Shown one piece after another: positions 13,753 to 25,085 of a stretch of DNA of 64,000 nt; the stretch's first letter is position 1, and every line of letters begins with the position of its first letter. Made by a program: the position numbers and the translations under genes. This stretch comes from Octopus bimaculoides. Taxonomy: Eukaryota. The notes under the pieces were generated by a model. It made no database searches, was not told where the DNA came from, and worked only from the letters and a program-made list of their open reading frames with translations. Location: assembly GCF_001194135.2 (NCBI RefSeq), contig NC_068982.1:164460227-164524226 (forward strand), in the 5' to 3' direction.

Positions 13753-13844
13753 TGTATATACACAATGTGTATATATGTAAATACATAATTTATACACACA
13801 CACACACATATATATTATATATACACGTATATATCTTTATATAT

Positions 13845-14026
13845 TATCTTTTATTTGTTAGTCATTAGATTGCGGCCATACTGCGGCACCACCCTGAAGA
13901 ATTTTCATCCGAATGAATCAAACCCATTTCTATCATTTAAGCCTAGTACTTATTCTATTATTTCTTTGCCAAACCAATTGTCTACGGGGACGTAAACATA
14001 CCAACACTGGCCGTCAAGCAGTGGCG

Positions 14027-14030
<4 letters not shown>
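13845..14030 (-). mobile_element. tRNA-derived SINE, 3' half
   Basis: Similar to the copies at 32730-33140 and 44921-45319 (gcggccat...gcctagtacttattctat...ggggacgtaaac). Confidence 0.7.
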
Positions 14031-14068
<38 letters not shown>

Positions 14069-14594
14069 AGAGAGAAAGAGAGAGAGAGAGAGAGATAAAT
14101 AGAAAGATAGTTAAATAAATAGAGAGAGAGAGAGGGAGAGAGAGGGGAGAACTAGAGAGCAGATAGACAAACAAAGAGATGTGTAAATGATAATAGAATC
14201 GAGGTTTCAAAAGATAATAAGTGGTAGTAGAGCTGCCGAATCGCAAACAAGTAACTGAGAAGATTGTTGAAATAAAAAAAATTAATATTGTTGGAAATTT
14301 ACAGAAATGGCTAATTCGAAGCCAACTTAACAAATTTATTCCACCTACTTTTCCCGTCAAAAAATTGTAGACGTTTATCTTTCATCATTAATATATTTTT
14401 TAGCTAATGGAACCCATTTCAAAACACTACTAAGCAATTTCCGTCGTACCAATGTCCATATATCTCTGTCTGTTCCGGTTATTATAGATGTATTCGTTTG
14501 TTTATACGGAAAAAAAGGAGAAAAATATACATCTTGTAGTCTCTTCAACGTACAATATAAACATACGCACACAAACACATCTGCATATACACAC

Positions 14595-15100
14595 ACAAAT
14601 ATAACTGAAGGATATGTATGCGCACGCACACACTTATATGTGTGTGTGGCGGTGTGTGTGCTGTGTAAATACATATACACGCATACACCCCACCTCACAT
14701 ATATATGTATGTATGTACATTTATAAGTATATGTTTATATCGTTATGTTCTATATGGAAACACAGAAACACACAAATATGCGCGCGTGTGTGTATATGTG
14801 TGCGTGTGTGCGCGCGCGTGTGTGTTTATGTAAGTAATATGCACATACACACGCACATATAACTGAAGGATATGTATGCACACGCACTCACTTATCTGTG
14901 TGTGTGTGCGTGCGTGTGTAAATACATATACACGCATAACCCCACCCCACATATATATGTATATGTATATATATATATTTATAAATATATGTTTATATCG
15001 TTATATTCTATATAGAAACACACACATACACGCACACAAATAAGTGCTTGTATGTGTGCGTGCGTGCGTGTGTGTATGTGTTTATGTAAGTAAATATGCA
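14595..15100. repeat. Tandem duplication with a ~258-bp unit
   Basis: ataactgaaggatatgtatgc occurs at 14601 and 14859, and the downstream sequence is also duplicated. Confidence 0.7.
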
Positions 15101-15300
15101 AGGAAGAAAAAAAATTGGGGCTTTGCACACAAACAGCTAGATTATACTATACGCTGATATGCCATATTCTATGCGTATCAATAAACGCATGCATTTACCG
15201 TTCAAAAGCTGGCACATAGAAGCATATACATCTCCACTAACATATCAGTTTATATGTACACACATATATTGGTACTACATTTAATTTATATATATGCATT

Positions 15301-15340
<40 letters not shown>

Positions 15341-15365
15341 TCCTGTATTTAATTTATATATATGC

Positions 15366-15430
<65 letters not shown>

Positions 15431-15881
15431 TCCTGTATTTAATTTATATATATGCATATATATGTGTGTGCGTACGTGTGCATGCGTGTGTATGCAAATA
15501 CACACGCACACACACACATATATATATACATATATATATCAAAGCAAGTGCGTTTGTGTGACAGTGTGTGACGGGGAGATAGACACTAAAACATAAGCAC
15601 ATACGAAAGATAAGTGCAAACATTCACACAATTATACTCATCCATTATATACGTAGTCTTCAAAAAGATATAGACACGTTTTTATTTACTTTCAAAATGC
15701 CTTCGTTGACTCGAATACTGGCGTTCAAAGAGAGAAAACAACTAATGTTTACTTAAACCAGGCTACTTCAAAGAAGGAAGTATGTAAATGCGCCCTCAAA
15801 CGTACGCATATTCTCACAAACACACACATGTTTATACACACACACACAAACACACACACACACACGCACACACACACACAG

Positions 15882-15912
<31 letters not shown>

Positions 15913-16038
15913 AAGACATACGCTATGAACGAAAGTACCATTTCTTTGCATCTCTGTGCAATTATTATTTATCTTATAAATCTAGTCAATAGCTGACGAA
16001 GTAGAAATAATACTATCCAATTTCATATGTATATACAC

Positions 16039-16069
<31 letters not shown>

Positions 16070-16175
16070 TGTATGTATGTATGTATGTATGTATGTATGC
16101 ATGCACGTATGCACGTATGCATGTATGTATGTATGTATCTATGTATGTATGTATGTATCTATCTATATATATATG

Positions 16176-16221
<46 letters not shown>

Positions 16222-16880
16222 TATAACAACCACACACGTACACACTCACACAGATACACACACACACGTATATATGTGTATACATACACTAGTATGCTTC
16301 TGTGTATGAATATATGTGTGTGCATGTATATCTGTATATGTATTCTATTTGTTTAGAAATAACTTTCAACATTCAAAACATTGAGAAATATGATTTTTTA
16401 TAAATTAGTTCTCACTTCCTTAGTCTTTACTAAAATACAAAACTACTTAATATAGTTTCACGAAGAAAATTAAATTATTTTCCGTAACGCATCTCTACTC
16501 ACAGAAAAGTAAATAATTTAGAAAAGAAATAGAAACAAATTAAGAGCATAATTCTAAAGTAACAGTTTGTGATCACGGTTTGGCATCTTTAGACATACAC
16601 TGTTGTGTTTTTATAATGCATCAATTGTGCAAAGACGCTTAAAGTTTTTAAGTGCTTTTTGCAAAATTTAAATTCTTAGGGAACAGTGACAAATATTGCA
16701 AATACTTTAACGCCCGTAAATCAGATTCTGGGACTTGTGAAACAGTATTCGTTTCTACTTATGCTATCGGTCACATTGCCGAATCGCTAAGTTAAACACC
16801 AACACCGGTGGTCAAACAGCGACGTAGGACAGACACAGACACAATGAACCAAATAAAACACACGCACCCACACATACATG

Positions 16881-17722
16881 CGAGTTTTGATCAATAAGTA
16901 TCGAGACTGTTGCCATAGTAATGAAGCCAAAGCACGCAGAGGAAAGCTATTTGACACATTTTCTGTGCGTGCACACTAAGTTTTAAAGTTCTAGCGCACT
17001 TCCTCTGTTTGCAGCAGAGCTTGGAAATAACGTGTTTGACGTGTGACCGTCGCATTGACCATGACAGAAAAAGTTGTCAAGGCGATTCCTGCTCACAGGC
17101 CTACGCAAAGCTGCAGAAAGTGTATGGAGAGCAGTGTATGAGTCGTACACAACTGTACAAGTGGTTCAGACGTTTCGAAGATCGCCGAAAAATGTCGATA
17201 GTGACGAACGTTCTGAGAGACCCGTGACCAGCAGCACTGAGAAAAACATCGCAGGTCTGCGTGCAGCTGTGAAGGGAGCTCGTCAAATCACCATCCGTGA
17301 GTTATCAGAGGATGTGCACACTAGATACGATTCAGTTCTGTCCATTATGACAGACGATTTGGGTATGAGAGGCGTGTTTGCCAACCTTGTACCCAAACCG
17401 CTTTCAGCCGACGAAAATGACACTCGGGTTTCAACTGCACAAGATCATTATTGTGTTGAGACCGATGGAAACTTTTTGAAAACTTTGCGTAGGCTTCTGA
17501 GCAGGTATCGCCAAGCTATTGGCAAAATTTTATGCAAATTCTCTGCTCAACTATCTACCACATGGTCAATGCAACGATCATACGTTACATTCGTTACTTC
17601 CAAGAGAACGTTAAAACTTATGGCGCATGCACAACAGATTTCAAGGTCAGTCTGCCAAGCAGCTTCATCCTGCGTGTTTTAACTTCGTTATCACGGCAAA
17701 CCCCTGGATGCTTTTAGACCAC

Positions 17723-17723
<1 letters not shown>
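16881..17723 (+). mobile_element. Mariner deletion derivative: 5' half of transposase plus an inverted copy of the 5' end
   Basis: Frameshifted AYAKLQKVYGEQCMSRTQLYKWFRRF / DERSERP / RQITIRELS / LGMRGVFANLVPKPL (HTH and WVP-like motif). 17468-17723 aligns as the reverse complement of ~16881-17120. TA at the right end. Confidence 0.8.
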
Positions 17724-17768
<45 letters not shown>

Positions 17769-18499
17769 TTACAAAACATGAAACTTACAATCCATGTACT
17801 GTCAAAGTTTTCAAATATATCGTGTATTATTGATTACAGTAGCATATTTTCTTCAGCACGACACAAATTACAGCTTCGACAACAAAAGAGGGCATGAACA
17901 TTTCAGTTTCTTGAAGCGTTCAGATATCATTAATAATCATTCAATTTATATGCGGTGGTTAATGCATATAAATTGATGGTCAGTATATTCCGATGTAATT
18001 TCTAACAGAAAAACCCCCCCAAAATATGTCCATTGAATTGCCAATACATATCCAATCATAATACCATGTGATTAGTAAAAGTTTCAAATATTTCAGTTAA
18101 TTCTTTATCACTGACACCCTCCTTTCTATTTCTGTTAATCATTAATAATTCTCTTGTGCTAGCTTCTGTTTCTTACTACTAATTTTTAATTCCATATTTG
18201 CGTAAAAGAATTTATAGATAATCATATTATATATTTTATTATCTTTAAAAATAAAAACTCATACGGTCTAGTGGTGATCACATTAATTTATATAAGTATA
18301 GCAACAAATGTGCTATTTAAATATGTTATCTAATATTGAAATGAATTTTACAACTTGAAAAACTGTAGTCTGACATTTTACCCAGTATGTGTCTAATATC
18401 TGTTGCACTTATATCCTTTTCCTAATATTTTGTGGTCGCGATTGTAACCATATTTTGTAATATAAGATTTCCTCATACATATTGTGGAAAACACTTTGT

Positions 18500-18660
18500 T
18501 AGCAGTAAAATGGAGCGAATCAACCCAAGTACTCATCCGGTCCCATGAACGAACCGCTATGTTACGGGCACTAACACACACGAACAACAGTTGTCAAAAA
18601 GTAGCGGTGAACAAAAACAGGCACAAAGACACACACACACATGCACAAAAACACTTTCAC
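18500..18660 (-). mobile_element. SINE 3' fragment (variant subfamily)
   Basis: 47-bp perfect reverse-complement match to 19847-19893. Confidence 0.65.
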
Positions 18661-18694
18661 ACACACACACATACATACATATATGCATACATTT

Positions 18695-19100
18695 AGTTGC
18701 ATTTTGTTCTTGTCTGCCCGTTGACTCACCGCATATAGATCAGAATGGAATTGAGTTCGGTCTTCTTCTTCATTGATGATTTGCTGGATCTTAATGTCAT
18801 CAGCAAATAATCACTGTTATACATTTTCACCGCTGAATTTTTTTTCATGGTTATTTTCTACGCTTTTTGCAATATATGTAGTAATAAAGGTTGCAATACA
18901 TTAACCAGAAACAGAATGATACTTTGCAAGAGGCAATGGTTACAATTTCCATATATTAGAAGCCAGCCCATTTGAGGATCTCTTCCTGATATAACATTTG
19001 AAATTGCTGATGTCATTGTCGATGTTATTTAGCTACCTTGAATGAGGAGATCTATGAGCACAAGCATTCTATTTGTGATCATCTCTTCTTTGTTTTTTCT
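18695..19100 (-). mobile_element. CR1-like LINE reverse transcriptase fragment
   Basis: Minus-strand translation LFADDIKIQQIINEEEDRTQFHSDLYAVSQRADKNKMQLN, preceded by a degenerate NVISG..Q motif. Confidence 0.75.
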
Positions 19101-19669
19101 AATACTTGATACATAAAAAAAAATCCATCGCTTTTCTTCCAGTGAATGGGCTATGATTGTATCAAATAAATGAAAATCACATCACAGACACCGCACGCTC
19201 ATTAATAATCTACACCCTATTTTAAACAATTTTTTTTACGATGATGTCAATGATCCCAATGAATCGCTAATATATGCATTTCTGTGCATATTTTGCAAGT
19301 CAAATGTGTTTCGCAGAAGTTACTAGATTATATAAAAGTCTTGTCTATTTAGAGTTCGAAATAAAACAATTCAAACTGAGACCGGCAATAGACGAACAGA
19401 ACAGAATTCTAAAACTTAAAATTTCCCACCACTAAGTCGAATATGTTAAAAAAATGTCATAATAAACAAAAGCGAAAATATTTGAAATACGTCAAAGAAC
19501 TAAATTACATTCTGAAATATATTGTCCCTTAAATGGTAATGAAGAACGTCCAAACAGTGCAAAACGCAAGTAATTAATTCTATGCTATTTAAGATTTTAC
19601 ATAGACGCCAAACCTAAGATTTATGGCAGGAAAATGGATTTAATGAAATAAATTACATCGAGTACAGAC

Positions 19670-19955
19670 GTTTTTGTGTGGTAAGAAGTTTGTTTCTAAA
19701 CCACATTGCTCCGGATTCAGTCACATTGGGTGTTAACATAAGTGAGAGTTTTCTACTATAGCCTCGGGTCGACCAAAACCTTGTGAGCGAATTTGATAGA
19801 CTGAAACTGAAAGAAGCCCGTTGTATGTATGCATATATGTATAACTTAGCGGTTCGTTCATGGGACCGGATGAGTACTTGGGTTGATTCGCTCGACTAAA
19901 ATTCTTCAAGGCGTTATCCTAGCATGATCTCAATCTGATGACTGAATATTGTAAA
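19670..19955 (+). mobile_element. tRNA-derived SINE
   Basis: gtgtggtaag head, ggattcagtc B-box-like motif, tctactatagcctcgggtcgaccaaa body shared with 51057-51515. Confidence 0.75.
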
Positions 19956-20929
19956 AAAAAAAAAAAAAATGAAAGAAAATCAGTGATTACAGAAATCAAG
20001 ATCGTCAGCTCTTGCCTGGAATGAATGGACACACCTTTTCAAATGGTAATTATTTTTCCAATGGCCATATACAAATTGGTGAATCCGAGTACCAAATTCA
20101 GTGAATTTATGAGCATAAACGTTACTAACAATCTTTTTTTTTTTTGAAGAAGAAGAATGATGGATAGGAGGAATTTGAAAAAAAGTTAAATGAAAAGCTA
20201 ATTATAGTTAGTCATAACAAACAATTACTTTGCATGCTATGAGAATCACTGCCGTAGTAAATCTATTAAACAAATGTATTCATTAAAGTCTTTCAGTCAG
20301 ACTATTTAATAACTAATGTTTCCTTCAACATTTAAAACTTGCTGCTATCAATATATACAGTCTTAGAAACACGACATGTTTTAGTAATCAGTAATCCAGC
20401 TGTGATAAATGGAAAAGGATATTGTGAAAAGCAAAATTAAATATAATTCTCAAGGCGGCGCTGCAGCATGGCCGCAACCAAGTCATTGAAGCAAGTAAAA
20501 AAAATATAAAAGAATAAGTTAGGTAATATTATTTGTTGATATACATGTTATCCGTTGTTTATTGTCCTTCGTGAAGAACCGAATTAGTTGTGAGTGCTGC
20601 ACAACTTATTTCTAAAGCGTTATTTCATCTTCAAATTGAACATCACTCATAATAAGAGAAAGCGTTACCCATAGAACGGAATTAGAAAACGTTAGACATA
20701 TATTCAGGTATACATATAAGCACATATCAGGATATTAGCATAGCATGAGTTTCCATTCACATATACAACCAATCCTATATATCTTGTAAAAATATACATT
20801 AAATACATATTTATATATAATTCTACGTTAGCATGCAGTTTATACATGTAACTGGCACTCTGTCAGTTACAATGGCCAGTGTTCCAGTTGATCAGATCAT
20901 CGGAACATATATATATATATATATATACC

Positions 20930-21139
20930 CTTTACTCTTTTACTCATTTATTTGTTTCAGTCATTTGACTGCGGCCATGCTGGAGCACATCGACCCAAGG
21001 ACTTATTCTTTGGAAGCCTAGTATTTATTCTAACGGTCTCTTTTGCCGAACCGCTAAGTTACGGGGACTTAAACACAGCACCATCGGTTGGTATGCGATG
21101 ATGGGGGACACACAAAGACACACAAACACACACACACAC
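20930..21139 (-). mobile_element. tRNA-derived SINE, 3' half (runs into a gap)
   Basis: tttcagtcatttgactgcggccatgctggagcac...gccgaaccgctaagttacggggac, as in the other copies. Confidence 0.85.
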
Positions 21140-21626
21140 NNNNNNNNNNNNNNNNNNNNNNNNNNNNNNNNNNNNNNNNNNNNNNNNNNNNNNNNNNNNN
21201 NNNNNNNNNNNNNNNNNNNNNNNNNNNNNNNNNNNNNNNNNNNNNNNNNNNNNNNNNNNNNNNNNNNNNNNNNNNNNNNNNNNNNNNNNNNNNNNNNNNN
21301 NNNNNNNNNNNNNNNNNNNNNNNNNNNNNNNNNNNNNNNNNNNNNNNNNNNNNNNNNNNNNNNNNNNNNNNNNNNNNNNNNNNNNNNNNNNNNNNNNNNN
21401 NNNNNNNNNNNNNNNNNNNNNNNNNNNNNNNNNNNNNNNNNNNNNNNNNNNNNNNNNNNNNNNNNNNNNNNNNNNNNNNNNNNNNNNNNNNNNNNNNNNN
21501 NNNNNNNNNNNNNNNNNNNNNNNNNNNNNNNNNNNNNNNNNNNNNNNNNNNNNNNNNNNNNNNNNNNNNNNNNNNNNNNNNNNNNNNNNNNNNNNNNNNN
21601 NNNNNNNNNNNNNNNNNNNNNNNNNN

Positions 21627-21668
<42 letters not shown>

Positions 21669-21779
21669 AGAGAGAAACAAAAACTGAAAGTATTCTGATG
21701 ATCATTGATATATAAGCATATAGATAGTTATATATTTACAGGACAGACTTACACGGGGTACAAAGATGCAGAAAAGTAA

Positions 21780-22390
21780 GGGGTGAGAGCTTGCTAGGTC
21801 AGGTCCGATAGCTGTCTCTGGGCGCTTGAGGTTACGTAATAGTTGTAACGTTGGGAGGTGGAGCATGAAAAACTTCAGTAATATGCGACCAATAGTGGAT
21901 GCATATAAACATTACCGTAAATCCGGCCTCCACTTTCAGGTTGGAGAGATTGGTATGTAACGTTACAAATCATAATGCAGGGAATTAAAGCATAGAACAC
22001 AGAGGCCTTGCCCGGGAAAATGTCTAGAAAGATCCGCTGGAACAGCCTTTACGACTCACGGGGCTCGCACCTGCGGATACCCATCTTTGTCTCGATAGCA
22101 GCGAAGAGAAATGTAGTCTGAGGAGCTAAGAAAGCTGGTATTCTTCAGTACCACAGGCCGGACATCATATCTGTCAAAAGAGCCGCCGTTAGTTCGGTAT
22201 TTTTCCACTCTCTGACTTGACGAACAGCGAAAACCGAGCTGACAGCCCAACCCACTACATTGCCGCTGGAGATGTCGTTTCATAGAGCCAAGCAGAGATG
22301 CTCAGATGGAAGCTTACAGGCGGTGCTGGTTAAGACTACCCAAGCTCGTACAAGATTATACTGCACTGGATGGCGTCATTGTTCTATTTA
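21780..22390 (+). mobile_element. Highly degenerate Ty3/Gypsy pol fragment (RT to RNase H)
   Basis: Motif remnants in the expected order: AY..I.V.P, ..DSSEEK (after the YxDD region), GHHI (FLGH), SFHRAKQ (AF..AK), DGSLQAVL (DAS..GAVL), GWR. Weak by-eye match. Confidence 0.45.
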
Positions 22391-22802
22391 TGAATTCCAT
22401 AGAAGTGCGTTGTTAACTCATACTCGGCAGAAAGCACAATATTTTTATGTAATCTTTCGAGACATTTAGTAAACAATGTGGTAACACATAATCGATAAAT
22501 ATAAAAAGAACGATCAAATCATTAATAAACATCTCTGTTTACATATATGATATATATTTTTGTTAACAGTAGCCGAGGTTAGTGCTTCATGGTAATAAAA
22601 TGATTAGAACAATAGGGTTCACTTTATCAAAACAGCTGCTGTTACTAAGCTAAATATGAAGACGAAGCTTCTGTCCGTTCATAATTCACATTGGGTTGAA
22701 ATGATTTCTAATTGGTGATAGAATGGTGCTTAAATATTTTACAAACACACACTCGCAAACACCCATGCACACGCACACACACACACATATGTATGCATGA
22801 AC

Positions 22803-22841
<39 letters not shown>

Positions 22842-22954
22842 NNNNNNNNNNNNNNNNNNNNNNNNNNNNATATATATGGAACAGGAAACATAGGCAGAAT
22901 GCAAGGAGACTACTTAGTCGTTGTCTCTGTGGTATGCTAATATATATGAAGTAG

Positions 22955-23455
22955 GGAAACTTGTTATCTGGCAGAATCGTTAGCATGCTGAGCAAAATGC
23001 GTAGCGGCATTCCGCCCGAATTTACGTTCTGAGTTCACTTTCCGCCGCTATCGACTTTGTCTTTCGGGGTCAATAAAATAAGTACCAGTTGAGCACTGGT
23101 GGTAGTAGGGGGGGGATATGTGGAGGGAGGTAGCTTAGTGGTAAAGGTGTTAGATTCATGATCGTAAGATTGTGGTTTCGATTCATGGACCAGGCGACGC
23201 GTTGTGTTTTGGAGCAAAACACTTCATTTCACGTAGATCTAGTCCACTCAGCTGGCAAAAATACGTAATCCTGCTACGGAGCGGCATCTCATCCAGGTGG
23301 GGAATATATACGCTATGAAACCGGGAAACCGCCACTTATATATCGATATGACCCGAGAAGGTAACTTTTCTCTTTTTGCTGGGGCTGATGTAATCGACTT
23401 ATCCCCTCTCTGAACTTGATGGTCTTGTGCCATAATTTCAAACCATTATTTACAG
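22955..23455 (+). mobile_element. SINE (ctggcagaatcgttagc head) interrupted by a second SINE
   Basis: First part ends ...gtaccagttgagcactgg at ~23100 and appears to resume ggggctgatgtaatcgactt at ~23381. Confidence 0.65.
23125..23372 (+). mobile_element. tRNA-derived SINE nested in the previous SINE
   Basis: A-box-like tagcttagtggtaaagg, B-box-like ggtttcgattc, core gtccactcagctggc. Confidence 0.7.
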
Positions 23456-23542
23456 TTGGAAAACATTTTTGAGGGTAGAAAGGAAAAATGCTGCAAACCA
23501 CGAACACATACAGGCATGTGCACACATAAACACTGATACAAA

Positions 23543-23584
23543 CGGTTCTCGGTAAATTCCACCGCAGTAAATTCCACCAAGGGA

Positions 23585-23634
<50 letters not shown>

Positions 23635-23800
23635 TAATAATAATAATAATAATAATAATGATAATAATAATAATAATAATGATAATAATAATAATTTCAT
23701 CTATGGTGAAATTTTACCATGGTGGAATATACCGTGGTGGAATTTACCTGGTGGAATATACAGTGGTAGAATTTACTGCGGTGGAATTTACCGGTCACCG
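23543..23800. mobile_element. Small foldback element with repeated ggtggaattta subterminal motifs and a central (AAT)n
   Basis: cggttctcggtaaattccaccgcagtaaatt at the left end is the reverse complement of aatttactgcggtggaatttaccggtcaccg at the right end, with few mismatches. Confidence 0.75.
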
Positions 23801-23902
23801 ATATACAGGCAGATATACGCCACGCATATATGTATGTAAGTATGTATGTGTGTGTGAAAGAGAGAGTGAGAGAGAGAGAGTGTGCGTGTGTGTGCGTGTG
23901 TG

Positions 23903-25085
23903 CAAAAGGGGAAGTTATAAATTATCCACACTTTGCATAATCAACCTTTAGGTTGACAGCATTGCTTTCAGCGCTCACGTGCTGAAAGGTGATACTGCTG
24001 CAGTTATGTAACCGCAATCAATCCAGTTTTCGGTTACGTGTTACTGAGTAAATATGCCGCTCTACTAGCAGTGCGCACCAAAGAAGAGAGTTCAGTGATC
24101 TGATTTCTCTAGTTTGAAGGTGTATTAAGCGTTGAAATCATCAGACTTTCCAGTAAAATACGGGGACAGCGCTATACCGTTTAGAATTGTATATGAGTGG
24201 GTCGGAAAGATTAAAAATGGCCACACAAGCGTGAAGCACGAAGAGAGAGTAGGACATCTTTCAACCTCCACTTATGACATGAAAACTGGACAAGCTCGAA
24301 AGATGGTTCTGGTGAACCGATGAGTGACTACGTATGAAATGTCATGTTCTCTGCAAATTAGTCATGGTTCTTTATACAAAATCATCCACGACAAGCTTCA
24401 CTTCCGTTAAGTCTGTGAAAGATGGGTACCAAGAGCTTAGAGAAGCGCATAGGCCCAATTGTCTGTAAATCTATCAACGCTTAATGGACTGCTACAACGA
24501 TGAAAGTGAAACTTTTTTGGAGAGAATAGACACAGGGAATGAGGCTTGGACCTATCAATTTGAAGCAGAGTTTGAAGTGGAAACATCCGAAATCGCCAGC
24601 AAAACAGGAGTTCAAGATTCAAACTTCCGTAGAAAATATTATGCTAACCGGTTTCCGGGACGCAAAAGGGCTTATACTGGAACATTACCTGAAAACGGGT
24701 CCAGAGTTACCGAATTACCAACACAGGCTACAGTAAAATGTTAGCCAACAAACTGAAACCTGCAATTCGCACTAAATTCCAAAGTCTATTATAAAATCAA
24801 TTGTTATTGATGTACAAAAATGCACGTTTATATAAGGCCACCCACACTGTTGAAATCATTGAAAAGTTGGGTTTCGTGCTGCTGCAACACTGCATGGAAT
24901 CCAGATCACGCCCCTTCCGACTATTATCTCTTTGAACCACTCAAACAATTTTTCGGAGGTCGTCAATTTGTTATGGACAAAGAAACGCAGGAAGCGGTGC
25001 ATAAATAATTACGTGGCCAGTCGAAAACCTTCTTGTTCAACGAAATAAGCAAGATTGTGGACTACTGTGTAGAACCCCGTAGAAT
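23903..25085 (+). mobile_element. Near full-length degenerate mariner transposon
   Basis: Motifs VYEWVGKIKNG (HTH), WVP, GNEAWTYQFE (DETW), IMLTGFRDAKGLIL, NARL (HDNARPH), HAPSDYYLFEPLKQFFGGRQF (YSPDLAPSDF); many stops and frameshifts. Confidence 0.85.
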
